A stretch of DNA of 64,000 nt from Oscillospiraceae bacterium. Lineage in GTDB: Bacteria; Bacillota; Clostridia; Oscillospirales; SIG627. The DNA lies in NCBI GenBank assembly GCA_015065265.1, contig SVQQ01000008.1, positions 222 through 64,221 of the forward strand, in the 5' to 3' direction. This document shows, in pieces, positions 1 to 10,042 of this stretch. A program made the translations under genes and the position numbers. The notes under the pieces are model-generated. The model saw only the letters and a list, made by a program, of their open reading frames with translations, was not told the DNA's origin and made no database searches. How positions within the stretch are numbered: the first letter of the stretch is position 1; each line of letters starts with the position of its first letter.

Positions 1-529
1 CGTAGAAGTCGTAACTCTGCATAAGCATATAATTAAATTCAAGGAAGGTGAGACCCTTTTCCATTCTTTGTTTATAGCATTCTGCAGAAAGCATTTTATT
101 TACGCTAAAGCAGGGACCGATATCTCTGAGAAATTCAATATAGTTCAAATCAAGAAGCCAATCGGCGTTATTCACCATCAATGCTTTTCCGTCGGAAAAG
201 TCGATAAATCTGCTCATCTGCTTTTTGAAGCAGTCGCAGTTATGCTGAATTATCTCGGGGGTAAGCATCTGTCTTAAATCACTTCTGCCTGAAGGGTCAC
301 CTACCATACCTGTTCCGCCACCGATAAGTGCGATAGGTTTGTTTCCTGCCATTTGCATTCTCTTCATTAAGCAAAGTGCCATAAAGTGACCTACGTGAAG
401 GCTATCTGCGGTAGGGTCAAAACCTATATAAAATACTGCTTTTCCCTCGTTTATAAGTTTTGAGATTTCTTCTTCGTTTGTAGTTTGGGCGATTAAACCT
501 CTTTTTTGTAAATCTTCGTAAACTGTCAT
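1..529 (-). CDS. tyrS: Tyrosyl-tRNA synthetase, 5' part (runs off the window start; missing from the ORF track)
   Basis: Manual minus-strand translation from ATG at 529: [49 protein letters not shown]...[13 protein letters not shown]. The [19 protein letters not shown]-type motif is typical of TyrRS. Confidence 0.95.
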   Translation of the reverse strand, partial: MTVYEDLQKRGLIAQTTNEEEISKLINEGKAVFYIGFDPTADSLHVGHFMALCLMKRMQMAGNKPIALIGGGTGMVGDPSGRSDLRQMLTPEIIQHNCDCFKKQMSRFIDFSDGKALMVNNADWLLDLNYIEFLRDIGPCFSVNKMLSAECYKQRMEKGLTFLEFNYMLMQSYDFY

Positions 530-546
530 TTCTTTATCCTCTTTAT

Positions 547-2238
547 TTAATTATTTATTCCTTGTTGTATAAGTTCCTTTGCGCTGTTTATAACGCTGTC
601 GGTTATTGTAACACCGCCAAGAATTCTTGCAATTTCCGTTACTCTGTCGTCACCGCTTAATTTAGTTACGTGAGTGAAGGTCCTTCCGCCCGTTTCTTCT
701 TTATAAATCTTGAAGTGGTTTTGGGCAATTGCCGAAACCTGTGCGGAATGGGTAACGCAGATGACCTGACAGGACTTTGATAAGTTTTTCAAACTTATTC
801 CTATTTTACTTGAAGTCTTGCCAGAAACCCCTGTATCTATTTCATCAAAAATCACGGTGTCAATTTTGTCGCAACCTGAAAGAATAGTTTTCAGTGCCAA
901 CATAATTCTCGAAAGTTCACCGCCTGACGAGACGGTTGAAAGTGATTTAAAGGGTTCACCAGGATTTGTTCTTATATAAAACGTAGGGTTGTCGATACCT
1001 TTTCCTGTAGGCTCTGAAAGTGCTTCAAACTCCACTTTGAACTCCACTTTTTCCATATCAAGAAAAGCAAGTTCTCCGTTTACGAGGGTGGAAAGTTTCT
1101 TTCCGCTCTCTTCCCTCTTTCGTCCCAATTCTTTACCGCATTTGATGACGTTTGCTTGAGTTTTTCTTAAACTCTCCTCATATTCTTGAAGGGTGAAGTC
1201 AAACTGTTCTATGTCACTTATTTCTTTTGAAATTTTCTCAAAATAGTCGATTACGTCCTGCTCGGTTTCACCGTATTTATTTTCAATTCTCGAAATCAAG
1301 TCAAGGCGTGATTCAATTCTGTCAAGTTCAGAGGTAGGGTCTTCGGAAATACCTATATCAATAGCAGAAACATCTCTTATAACGTCTTCAATTTGTTCGG
1401 TTATGGAAATTAGTTTTTCGTGTATCTCTTTACCTTGAGGAATGATGTCCTGTATCTTTTCAATATTATCTGCAGATGAAGAAACTTTATCATAAGCGCC
1501 AGGTTTAACACCGCCTGACAAAAGTGACAAGGTACCTTTAATAGCGTTAGACACAAGTTCGCTGTTTTTAACTATTTCTCTGTTTTTAAGAAGTTCTGCT
1601 TCTTCCCCGACTTTGATTTTAGCGGCGGAAATTTCGTTCTTCTGATACTTTAAAAATTCAATTTTATTGTCCTTGTCTTTTGACATTTCCAAAAAGTCGT
1701 TATAATTTCTTTTTGCAGTTAAATATTCAGAGAATGCTTTTTTATATTCGTTTAAAACGTTCTCGTGTTCTTGAGAATTTGAAGTGGCAAAACCGTCCAA
1801 AAAGTCAACGTGAGTTGAGTCGTTGAGAAGCGAATAGGAGTCGTGTTGCTCATTTACTGAGACAAGTCGGGATGCAACTTCTTTCACAAGAGAAACAGGT
1901 ACTGTGCGATTATTTATCTTGAAGGTGGACTTTCCATCAACATTGTATCTTCTGGAAAGCATAAGTGTACCTTCTTCGTCCGGGGGCAAACCAAGTTCTG
2001 AAAGTTCTTTTTGTGTGTTTTCCGACAAATAATCAAAAATTGCGTATATATAACATTCGTTTTCCTGATTTCTGATAATATCTTTTGGCGGACGTTGACC
2101 CAGTACCATATTTATGGCGTCTATTATCATAGACTTTCCCGAGCCTGTTTCACCTGTCAAAACGGTGAAGCCTTTATTTAAGTCTAAATCAAGTTGCTTT
2201 ATCAGAGCAACGTTTTCAATATGTAAAAATGTAAGCAT
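547..2238 (-). CDS. recN: DNA repair protein RecN
   Basis: Walker [10 protein letters not shown], signature [21 protein letters not shown], coiled-coil middle; follows argR. Confidence 0.96.
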   Translation of the reverse strand: MLTFLHIENVALIKQLDLDLNKGFTVLTGETGSGKSMIIDAINMVLGQRPPKDIIRNQENECYIYAIFDYLSENTQKELSELGLPPDEEGTLMLSRRYNVDGKSTFKINNRTVPVSLVKEVASRLVSVNEQHDSYSLLNDSTHVDFLDGFATSNSQEHENVLNEYKKAFSEYLTAKRNYNDFLEMSKDKDNKIEFLKYQKNEISAAKIKVGEEAELLKNREIVKNSELVSNAIKGTLSLLSGGVKPGAYDKVSSSADNIEKIQDIIPQGKEIHEKLISITEQIEDVIRDVSAIDIGISEDPTSELDRIESRLDLISRIENKYGETEQDVIDYFEKISKEISDIEQFDFTLQEYEESLRKTQANVIKCGKELGRKREESGKKLSTLVNGELAFLDMEKVEFKVEFEALSEPTGKGIDNPTFYIRTNPGEPFKSLSTVSSGGELSRIMLALKTILSGCDKIDTVIFDEIDTGVSGKTSSKIGISLKNLSKSCQVICVTHSAQVSAIAQNHFKIYKEETGGRTFTHVTKLSGDDRVTEIARILGGVTITDSVINSAKELIQQGINN

Positions 2239-2266
2239 ACCAATAAAGCCCCTTTCTTTATAATAA

Positions 2267-2722
2267 TCAGATGTTGAGAAGTTCCTTTACCTTTTGGCAA
2301 AGAAGAATGGCGTCTTCACAAGTGCGCAGTGCTACGAAAATCGTATCGTCACCTGCAATAGTACCCACTATCTCGGACCAGTTCATATTGTCGATAGCGG
2401 AAGCGGCGGCTTGTGCCATACCCGGAAACGTTTTAATAACCACAATGGAAGTTGAAACGTCAATTCTTAAAACTGTTTCTTCAAGTATCGTTTTGAACTT
2501 TGCCGATACTCTGATTTCGTCGTCGCCAAGTTTTACGTCGTATTTATATTTTCCGTTATCGTCGGGAACTTTAACAAGTTTAAGTTCTTTTATGTCGCGG
2601 GATACTGTCGCCTGAGTTGTATCAAAGCCACATTCTTTTAATTTTGCAGTTAATTCCTCTTGGGTTTCGACGTTGTTCTTTTTTATAAGTTCAACAATTT
2701 TAGCGTGTCTTTGGGCTTTCAT
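2267..2722 (-). CDS. argR: Arginine repressor
   Basis: TQEEL, TQATVSRDIKEL and GTIAGDDTIFV motifs. Confidence 0.97.
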   Translation of the reverse strand: MKAQRHAKIVELIKKNNVETQEELTAKLKECGFDTTQATVSRDIKELKLVKVPDDNGKYKYDVKLGDDEIRVSAKFKTILEETVLRIDVSTSIVVIKTFPGMAQAAASAIDNMNWSEIVGTIAGDDTIFVALRTCEDAILLCQKVKELLNI

Positions 2723-2724
2723 CT

Positions 2725-3579
2725 CTATTTCCTCTCTGCAATCTTTCGATTTACTCTATCGTAAAATTCTGTATTTTTGATTTTTACAAGTTCGGTAGTC
2801 TTATCGGAGACACGAACTTCTACGGTATCTAAATAGTTCAGTTTAAGATTTATTCTTCCGTCAACTGTGAGATATGTATTTTCTTCGGACTGGACGTCTT
2901 TAATTTGCAGAATTGAAGATGGAGAAAAAACAATGGGACGGGAATTGGTGAAAGAGTGGGGACACACAGGTGTCAACAACATACAGTTCAAGGTGGGGTC
3001 TATAATTGCTCCACCTGCTGAAAGCGAATATGCGGTAGAGCCTGTAGGGGTGGAAACGATGAGGCCATCGGAATGGAAAGGACATATAAAGGTATCGTTG
3101 CAGTAAAGTTCAAGTTCTGCAATTTTTGACACGCTTCCCTTTCCTACCACCACTTCATTGAGTGCCAGTAAGTTTTCTATAGTTTTTCCGTCGCGTATGA
3201 TAGAAACGTCAAGCATCATACGACTTTCAATGGTGAAGTCGTCGGTAATGATTTTTGAAAGAAGACCTATTTCGTTAGGTTCAAGTTCTGCCATAAAACC
3301 GAGTCTGCCGAGATTTATTCCTATTACTGAGATTGAGTTTTTAGATGCTTTTTCGGCAATTCGTAAAATCGTGCCGTCTCCACCTACTGTGACGATAAAA
3401 TCGACCGTAGAAAAAATTTCTTCATTTGAAAGAAAATCGACTCCTGAAATATCAGAGTTTGAAAAATCTTCGGGCATAAAAAGTTTTGCTTCAGGACAGT
3501 TCAAAATAGACACGATTTCTTTTGTCAGTAAAAGATTTTCGTCCTTTTGGGGATTAGTGATAATACCTATTTTTTTCAC
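2725..3579 (-). CDS. nadK: NAD(+) kinase
   Basis: GGDGT, GINLGRLGF, LNE and DGLIVSTPTGSTAYSLSAGG motifs. Confidence 0.96.
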   Translation of the reverse strand: MKKIGIITNPQKDENLLLTKEIVSILNCPEAKLFMPEDFSNSDISGVDFLSNEEIFSTVDFIVTVGGDGTILRIAEKASKNSISVIGINLGRLGFMAELEPNEIGLLSKIITDDFTIESRMMLDVSIIRDGKTIENLLALNEVVVGKGSVSKIAELELYCNDTFICPFHSDGLIVSTPTGSTAYSLSAGGAIIDPTLNCMLLTPVCPHSFTNSRPIVFSPSSILQIKDVQSEENTYLTVDGRINLKLNYLDTVEVRVSDKTTELVKIKNTEFYDRVNRKIAERK

Positions 3580-4340
3580 TCTGACACCTCCTCTTCGTCA
3601 TATATGAAGTGAATTAAAAATTCTTTATTTCCGTCTCCGCCTAAAATAGAAGACTCGACACAGTTAATTTTTTTAAAGTTAAAAAGGCTCGCTTCCTTTT
3701 CAACGTTTTCAATAACCTTTTTGTAAATTTCGGGATCTTTAATAATTCCACGTTTATTAAGCGCACTTTTTCCTGCCTCAAACTGAGGTTTGATAAGGGA
3801 TACAAAAGAACCACCTTTTTTCAGGACATTTCTTGTGCTATAATAAAGTTTTGTCTGTGAAATAAAGGATACGTCCATTACTACGATATCGACAGGCGGG
3901 ATAAATCCTTTTTCAATATATCTTGCATTTGTATTTTCAAGACTTACAACTCGCTTATCACAGCGAAGTTTCTCGTGTAATTGGTTGTTCCCGTTCTCTA
4001 TTGCATAAACCTTTTTTGCTCCTCTTTGCAAGAGCAAATCGGTAAAACCGCCCGTTGAAGCGCCAAAATCTGCCGCCACAAGTCCCTTAACGTCAATATT
4101 AAAAGTATCAAGGGCACATTCAAGTTTCAATGCACCTCGGCTGACGTACTTTGTAAGTTCGTTTTCTTTTATTTCAATTTCCACTTCTTTTTCAATTTTA
4201 TGAGACGGTTTTGTTATTATTTTTCCGTCAATTAAAACACATTCGGAAAGTATAAGTTTTCTTGCAAGTTCCCTTGATGAAACTTTTGACCTGCGTACAA
4301 GATAGACGTCAAGTCTTTCTGGTGGAAAAATTATATCCAT
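3576..4340 (-). CDS. tlyA: TlyA-family rRNA 2'-O-methyltransferase (S4 + FtsJ-like domains)
   Basis: RLDVYL S4 start, YVSRGALKL, DFGASTGGFTD, DVSFIS, LIKPQFE, GNKEFL. Confidence 0.94.
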   Translation of the reverse strand: MDIIFPPERLDVYLVRRSKVSSRELARKLILSECVLIDGKIITKPSHKIEKEVEIEIKENELTKYVSRGALKLECALDTFNIDVKGLVAADFGASTGGFTDLLLQRGAKKVYAIENGNNQLHEKLRCDKRVVSLENTNARYIEKGFIPPVDIVVMDVSFISQTKLYYSTRNVLKKGGSFVSLIKPQFEAGKSALNKRGIIKDPEIYKKVIENVEKEASLFNFKKINCVESSILGGDGNKEFLIHFIYDEEEVSE

Positions 4341-6142
4341 TTTTTAATCCTTGTGTATATACTTTTCGCATCAAGTTTTGTATGTGAATAGAGTTCCTCT
4401 AAAGTTCCTTGAGGTACAAAGGTTTCGTCTATTGCGAAAACTTCTTTATGGCAAGAATAATCAACGTTTGAGAAGAAATATTCACCAAATCCTCCTGTTT
4501 TCATTCCCTCTTCAACAACGAAAATGTGCTTTGGATTAAGTGCTAAAATCAATTTTGAAATCTTTTTAAAATCTAAAGGTTTAAGTTTTACAAACTTCAA
4601 CACTGACACCTTGGCACCTGTTTTGGAAAGTAAGAGTTTAGCCTTTAAAGCCTGTTCACTAACACGTCCGTAAGTGACGATAAGAACGTCACAGGTGTCT
4701 TTCGTATCAAGCAAAAAGTCCTTAGATGAGGAAAAGTTCTGGGATAAAAATTCGTTATCTGCATCTTTAGGGTAACGAAGGACGGAGACACCGTCGTGTT
4801 TTACACATTTTTTGAATGAATATTTAAGTTCTTCAAAAGTAGAGGGTGAATATATAGTGCTACCGGGGACGGTGAGCATCATAGACACATCAAACAAACC
4901 GTGGTGTGTAGGTCCGTCAGAGCCGACAAAACCTGCTCTGTCAAGGGCGATTACAGTTTTAAGGTTTTGAAGTGCTATATCGTGAATTATCTGGTCGTAT
5001 GAGCGCTGGAAAAAGGTACTGTAAACAACGTAGAAAGGTAACATTCCACCTGCCGACAGTGCCGCAGCAAAAGTGGGGGCGTGTTCCTCACATATACCCA
5101 CGTCAAAAAACCTTTCAGGAAACTTTTCTTTAAAGTTTACAAGTCCTGTACCTTCTGCCATAGCAGCAGTAATTGCAACGGTGTTTTCGTTTTCTTTAGA
5201 ATACTCAGTTAAAAGAGTTGTAAATTCAGTTGAAAAGGTTTTATTCTTGGGAGAAGATGAGGAAACGAAGTGGAATTTTTTAGGGTCTTCCTCCGCCTCT
5301 TTTAAGCCTTTTCCTTTTTTAGTAACAAAGTGGATAAGGACGGGACAGTTTCTGCTTTTGGCTTCAACTATAAGTCTTTCTACTGTTTCAATGTCGTTTC
5401 CGTTAGCGGGTCCGAGATACTCAATACCCAAATCTTCAAAAAAGTTAGGTTTAATAAATACTCGTTTAACAAAGGTTTTTATCTTAGATGCAATACTAAG
5501 TAAAGGTTTTGAAAGAAGGGGCACTTTACTGAAAGTTGATTTTGTGCCACGCTTGAATTTTAAGTATTTACTGTTTATTCTTATACGGTTAAGGTAGGCG
5601 GAAAAAGTTCCTACGTTTTTGGATATTGACATTTCATTATCATTTAAGATAATGATAAGTTTATCGTCTTTTGTAACGTTATTGAGTGCTTCGAAGGTCA
5701 TTCCCGTACAGAAGGCACCGTCTCCGATAACTGCAACGGAATATGAATCTTCTCCTTTAATTGTTGCCGCTCTTGAAAAGCCAAGGGCTGCCGACAAAGC
5801 GGTACTGCTATGCCCGCTACCAAAGGGGTCGTGTTCGCTCTCGTCTCTCTTGGTGAAACCTGCATATCCGTTATAGGTGCGAAGGTTCTTTGAGTCGAAA
5901 ATTCTGTTTGTAAGAAGCTTGTGGATATAACTCTGATGACCTACGTCATAGATAATTTTATCTTCAGGCGAGTTAAATAAACGGATAAGGGCTACAGAAA
6001 TTTCAGTAACTCCAAGGTTTGACGCAAGGTGTCCTTCTCCTGCGGTCACGTTGTCTATAACGTAACTGCGCAAGAAGTCGCAATATTCTTTTGTTTCTTC
6101 CAAGGACAGTTTTTTAAGTTCGTTAATTGTCAAAAAGTCCAT
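4331..6142 (-). CDS. dxs: 1-deoxy-D-xylulose-5-phosphate synthase
   Basis: GHLASNLG, DVGHQSY, GHSSTALS, TPP motif GDGA...NDN, DRAGFVGSDGPTHHG. Confidence 0.96.
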   Translation of the reverse strand: MDFLTINELKKLSLEETKEYCDFLRSYVIDNVTAGEGHLASNLGVTEISVALIRLFNSPEDKIIYDVGHQSYIHKLLTNRIFDSKNLRTYNGYAGFTKRDESEHDPFGSGHSSTALSAALGFSRAATIKGEDSYSVAVIGDGAFCTGMTFEALNNVTKDDKLIIILNDNEMSISKNVGTFSAYLNRIRINSKYLKFKRGTKSTFSKVPLLSKPLLSIASKIKTFVKRVFIKPNFFEDLGIEYLGPANGNDIETVERLIVEAKSRNCPVLIHFVTKKGKGLKEAEEDPKKFHFVSSSSPKNKTFSTEFTTLLTEYSKENENTVAITAAMAEGTGLVNFKEKFPERFFDVGICEEHAPTFAAALSAGGMLPFYVVYSTFFQRSYDQIIHDIALQNLKTVIALDRAGFVGSDGPTHHGLFDVSMMLTVPGSTIYSPSTFEELKYSFKKCVKHDGVSVLRYPKDADNEFLSQNFSSSKDFLLDTKDTCDVLIVTYGRVSEQALKAKLLLSKTGAKVSVLKFVKLKPLDFKKISKLILALNPKHIFVVEEGMKTGGFGEYFFSNVDYSCHKEVFAIDETFVPQGTLEELYSHTKLDAKSIYTRIKKWI

Positions 6143-6167
6143 TCAACTCACCTCCTTATATCATTTT

Positions 6168-6196
6168 ATTTTATCACACAAAAACGTAAAAATCAA
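6168..6196 (-). promoter_or_regulatory. Putative sigma-A promoter for dxs-tlyA-nadK-argR-recN
   Basis: Minus strand TTGATT-17 nt-TAAAAT with TG extension. Confidence 0.5.
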
Positions 6197-6231
6197 GTTT
6201 TTATACAACAAAGTGCAAGTTTATACAAAAA

Positions 6232-6480
6232 TTAGTTTGTACTTTCAGGGACAAAGTCCTTTAAGACTACGCTGTTGTCTTCGTCTCTTGAAAGAATGCT
6301 GACTTTCTGTTCTGCGTCGTTGAGCATTTTATTGCACTTTTTAACAAGATATATTCCGCTCTCGTAAAGTTCAAGGGACTCGTCGAGTTGCGCAGTTTGA
6401 TTCTCAAGTTTTGAAACGATAGTTTCAAGTTCTCTGAGTGCTTCTTCAAACTTCATATTTTCATATTTAGAAAAGTCCAT
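6232..6480 (-). CDS. xseB: Exodeoxyribonuclease VII small subunit
   Basis: FEEALRELETIVSKLE...LDESLELYESG...LNDAEQKV; follows xseA. Confidence 0.95.
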   Translation of the reverse strand: MDFSKYENMKFEEALRELETIVSKLENQTAQLDESLELYESGIYLVKKCNKMLNDAEQKVSILSRDEDNSVVLKDFVPESTN

Positions 6481-6481
6481 A

Positions 6482-7696
6482 TTATTCTCCTTTTTTAACT
6501 ATTTTTTCTACAACTGCCGACACACTTCCACCCACGGTGGTAAAGTCGATATTGTCTCCGACTTTCACGTCGTCGATACTTTTTACAAGTTTTCCGTCCT
6601 CTTTGAATACCGCGGAATAACCTCGCGATATTACTTTAAGTGGGTTAAGGGCGTCAAGTTTTGAGACAACTGCCGACATTGAAAGTCCTTTTTTATCAAG
6701 TAAGACCTTAACTTTATCGTCAAGTTTTGTTGACAGGTTATCAAGGGTTATTCTTTTATCGTCAATGAAATTCTTAGGAGACGTCAGGCACTTCTTCATA
6801 GAAATTGAGTCAATTTTCGTGTGAAGGTTCGAGAATTTATTATTAAGAAGTACAGAGATTTTATTATGCTTTGAGAAAATATTTTCCTGTTCGCTTCTAT
6901 AATCGGGAAGTGCCAATTCTGCGGCGGCAGATGGAGTCGGTGCTCTCAGGTCGCTGACAAAGTCACTTATTGAAAAGTCGGTTTCGTGTCCTACTGCCGA
7001 GATGATGGGAATTTTTGAAGCAAAAATAGTTCGGGCAAGGTCTTCGTTATTAAACGCCCACAATTCTTCAAGGGAACCTCCTCCCCTGCCTATGATGATA
7101 GTATCAACGGGAAGTTTGGTATTGAAATATATAATGCCTTTACAGATTTGTGAGGGGGCGTTATCCCCTTGGACAAGGCATGGAAATAAGATAATTTCGG
7201 CGAGAGGAAAACGTCTTTTACTTACGTTTATCATATCCCTGATAGCAGCGCCTGTGGGTGACGTGACGATACCGATTTTTGCGGGATATTTAGGTATCGG
7301 TTTTTTATACTGTGACGAAAACAGTCCTTCTGCTTCAAGTTTTGCTTTGAGTTGTTCAAAGGCGATATACAAGGCGCCTACTCCGTCGGGTTCCATTGAA
7401 TCAACGTATAGTTGATACGAACCGTCTTTAACGTAGAGTGATATTCTTCCGTGGGCTACAACTTTCATTCCGTTTTCAGGAAGGAATTTCAAGGTGCTAA
7501 CACTTGAACGGAACATTACGGATTTCAATACTCCACCTTCGTCTTTAAGGGTGAAATAAAAATGTCCTGTTTTATAGTGGTTTGTAAAATTTGAAATTTC
7601 ACCTTTTATATAGACGTCTTGGAGATAGGGGCTTGTATCGAAAAAGGATTTTATATATTGGTTTAGTTCGGTAACTGACAGTATGTTATTATTCAT
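6482..7696 (-). CDS. xseA: Exodeoxyribonuclease VII large subunit
   Basis: SVTELN, GEISNF, GHFYFTLKD, RGGGSLEELWAFN, GHETD, PTPSAAAE. Confidence 0.97.
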   Translation of the reverse strand: MNNNILSVTELNQYIKSFFDTSPYLQDVYIKGEISNFTNHYKTGHFYFTLKDEGGVLKSVMFRSSVSTLKFLPENGMKVVAHGRISLYVKDGSYQLYVDSMEPDGVGALYIAFEQLKAKLEAEGLFSSQYKKPIPKYPAKIGIVTSPTGAAIRDMINVSKRRFPLAEIILFPCLVQGDNAPSQICKGIIYFNTKLPVDTIIIGRGGGSLEELWAFNNEDLARTIFASKIPIISAVGHETDFSISDFVSDLRAPTPSAAAELALPDYRSEQENIFSKHNKISVLLNNKFSNLHTKIDSISMKKCLTSPKNFIDDKRITLDNLSTKLDDKVKVLLDKKGLSMSAVVSKLDALNPLKVISRGYSAVFKEDGKLVKSIDDVKVGDNIDFTTVGGSVSAVVEKIVKKGE

Positions 7697-8639
7697 TTGA
7701 GTTTACCTTCAAAAATTTATCTCGGGTTAAAAGTGCAACGCCTACTGCATTGTCACAAGAAAGAGGTGGTGGCGCAAAATAGGCATCGCAAACAGTGGAT
7801 ACGTAGTTTTGTAAAATCTTACTTCCCGAAACGCCTCCTGCAAAAATCACGGGAAGTGTAATATCTTTTCTTCTTTCAAGCATTTTATTTATTGTATTCA
7901 AAATGACGTCGTAGACGTATCGAGCAACGTGTTCTGAGGGAGTATTCTCTTTTATCATCTTTTCAACTTTGTTTTCAAAGCCTGAGAGATTTACATTGCC
8001 ATTACCTTCAGTGACCTTTACTTTAAAAGTCTTTGTGGACCTTTGGGCAAGTTTTTCAAGTTCTGTGCCACAGGGAAAATTCAACCCCAACATAACTCCT
8101 GTTCTATCAACCAGTTGACCTAACGTTATGTCAGATGAAGAAGAGAGAATTTCACAAGTGAAGCCGAAGTCGTTTTTTTTACATTCGAGAAGTTCACAAG
8201 TGCCACCAGAAAGGTGGAAGGAGTAAAAGGTTTCAGGCAAGTTCATATTCGCTCCAAAACTTGCACTTCTGATATGTCCTTCCTGATGAGAAAACTCGAA
8301 AAGGTCAACTTTTAAAAGTTCGCTTATGGAAGTGGCAACGCTTATTCCTGAAAGAAAGCAAGGCATATATGAGCCTTCTACGTTTCTCGGTCTTGTGGAG
8401 ACGCCTATTGCCGAAATTTCCCCGACCTTTAACTTTTCTCCCATTTCAGATGCTAATTTGTTAAATGCTACGGGGAGATTTTTTACGTGCATAAATAGAG
8501 CATCGCTCTGTCTTACTCCTTTTTCACCAGGTTTAACACAGAGCGGAATTTTAACGTTATATACAGTTTCATCTTCTAAAACTGCAGAGACGGAAGTTGT
8601 ATAATTACTTGTATCAACTCCGAGCCAAACTTTACTCAT
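7689..8639 (-). CDS. TsaD/Kae1-like ASKHA-fold protein (peptidase M22 family paralog)
   Basis: LGVDTSNYTTS, SHQEGHI (HxxxH), HLSGGT, GQLVDR, GGVS, DNAVGVA. Confidence 0.8.
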   Translation of the reverse strand: MSKVWLGVDTSNYTTSVSAVLEDETVYNVKIPLCVKPGEKGVRQSDALFMHVKNLPVAFNKLASEMGEKLKVGEISAIGVSTRPRNVEGSYMPCFLSGISVATSISELLKVDLFEFSHQEGHIRSASFGANMNLPETFYSFHLSGGTCELLECKKNDFGFTCEILSSSSDITLGQLVDRTGVMLGLNFPCGTELEKLAQRSTKTFKVKVTEGNGNVNLSGFENKVEKMIKENTPSEHVARYVYDVILNTINKMLERRKDITLPVIFAGGVSGSKILQNYVSTVCDAYFAPPPLSCDNAVGVALLTRDKFLKVNSNE

Positions 8640-9051
8640 CTTTCTCCCCTACTTCACGGGCAATCTTTGCAAGGACACCGTTTATAAAGGAAAAGGCTTT
8701 TTCGTCGTCGAACTTTTTGGCAAGTTCAACTGCTTCGTTTACTGCAATCTTTACAGGGATATCCTCTGCATATTTAAGTTCGTAGGTAGCAAGGCGCAAA
8801 ATAGCCTTTGACACGCGGGATATTCTGTCGCTTTCCCAGTTAGATGACGAGTTATTTATGAGAGTGTCGATATCTTCGATGTTATCATAAACGCCCTTAA
8901 AGGTGGAAAGAATATACGGTTCACTGTCAATTTCATTATAATCAAGGTAAATCAGTGCGTTGTTATAAACTTCCGTACAGGAAACCTCTTTCATAAAGTC
9001 TTTTTCAAAAATTAAGCAAAATGCAATTTCTCGTGCTTCTCTTCTTTTCAT
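8632..9051 (-). CDS. nusB: Transcription antitermination factor NusB
   Basis: RREAREIAF, ILRLATYEL, VNEAVELAKKF, FINGVL. Confidence 0.96.
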   Translation of the reverse strand: MKRREAREIAFCLIFEKDFMKEVSCTEVYNNALIYLDYNEIDSEPYILSTFKGVYDNIEDIDTLINNSSSNWESDRISRVSKAILRLATYELKYAEDIPVKIAVNEAVELAKKFDDEKAFSFINGVLAKIAREVGEKDE

Positions 9052-9075
9052 AAGTATGTTAGTCTTTCTTAAAAA

Positions 9076-9672
9076 TTAAAGTGTAAGGCGACCTTCGAGC
9101 GCCCTTGTTATAGTCATTTCGTCGGCGTATTCAAGTTCTGCTCCTGCGGGAATACCATAGGCAAGTCGTGAAACCGAAACGCCAAGGGGTTTTATAAGTC
9201 TTGACAAATAAAGTGCTGTCGCCTCTCCTTCAACGCTTGGAGTGGTGGCTACAATTATTTCCTTTACTTCTTCGTTTATTCTGGCAAGAAGTTCTTTTAT
9301 GTTCAGCTTTTCAGGGCCTACACCGTCTGTTGGTGAAATGAGTCCGCCAAGGACGTGATAAACTCCACGAAATTCCTGTGCCTTCTCAATGGCGAGTATG
9401 TCTTTTACGTCTTCTACAACGCATATGACAGATTTGTTACGACTTTCACTTGCACATATGGGACAAATATCGCTATCACTGATATTTTTGCAAATTGAGC
9501 AAACTGTTATCTTTTCTTTGGCATCTAAAATGGCAGTTGCAAAACTTTCTGCTTTTTCTTTATCCATATCAACAACTGCAAATGCCATTCTGACTGCGGA
9601 TTTATAGCCCACGCCGGGAAGTCGTCTGAACTGCTCTATGAGTTTTTCGACAGGTTCTATAAAATTAAACAT
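9076..9672 (-). CDS. recR: Recombination mediator RecR
   Basis: LPGVGYKSA HhH, CSIC...CPIC zinc finger, TOPRIM CVVE, EGEATA. Confidence 0.97.
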   Translation of the reverse strand: MFNFIEPVEKLIEQFRRLPGVGYKSAVRMAFAVVDMDKEKAESFATAILDAKEKITVCSICKNISDSDICPICASESRNKSVICVVEDVKDILAIEKAQEFRGVYHVLGGLISPTDGVGPEKLNIKELLARINEEVKEIIVATTPSVEGEATALYLSRLIKPLGVSVSRLAYGIPAGAELEYADEMTITRALEGRLTL

Positions 9673-9677
9673 AACTG

Positions 9678-10025
9678 TTAAAACAAGCCAGGCAAGTTAA
9701 GTGAGCCTGTAATTCTTGACATTTCTTCAGCAGCGGTATCTTCTACTCTCTTGATTGCTTCGTTTACTGCGGCCGTGATTATATCTTCAAGTGTTTCTAT
9801 ATCGTCGGGGTCAACGATTTCGGGAGAAATAGAAATTGATTTAACTTCTTTTTTTCCGTTAATCTTGATTTTTACCATTCCGCCACCTGCAGAAATATCG
9901 TGTTCTCTCGATTCCAGGTCTGCCTGAACTGTGTTCATTTCTTCTTGCATTTTCTGTGCTTGTTTAAGCATGGCGTTCATATTCTGAGGTCCGCCACCCA
10001 TACCCTGAGGTAAACGTGCTTTCAT
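9678..10025 (-). CDS. YbaB/EbfC nucleoid-associated protein
   Basis: MLKQAQKMQ, AGGGMVKI, DDIETLEDIITAAVNEA; lies between dnaX and recR. Confidence 0.93.
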   Translation of the reverse strand: MKARLPQGMGGGPQNMNAMLKQAQKMQEEMNTVQADLESREHDISAGGGMVKIKINGKKEVKSISISPEIVDPDDIETLEDIITAAVNEAIKRVEDTAAEEMSRITGSLNLPGLF

Positions 10026-10042
10026 ATAATTTTCTCCTTAAA

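Noticed and set aside
68-277. + strand 69-aa ORF
   Set aside because: Antisense shadow of tyrS. The same applies to the many Ser/Ile-rich opposite-strand ORFs over housekeeping genes.
6200-6228. TTTATACAA direct repeat (20-nt period) upstream of the dxs promoter
   Set aside because: Short and AT-rich; cannot be distinguished from chance without comparative data.
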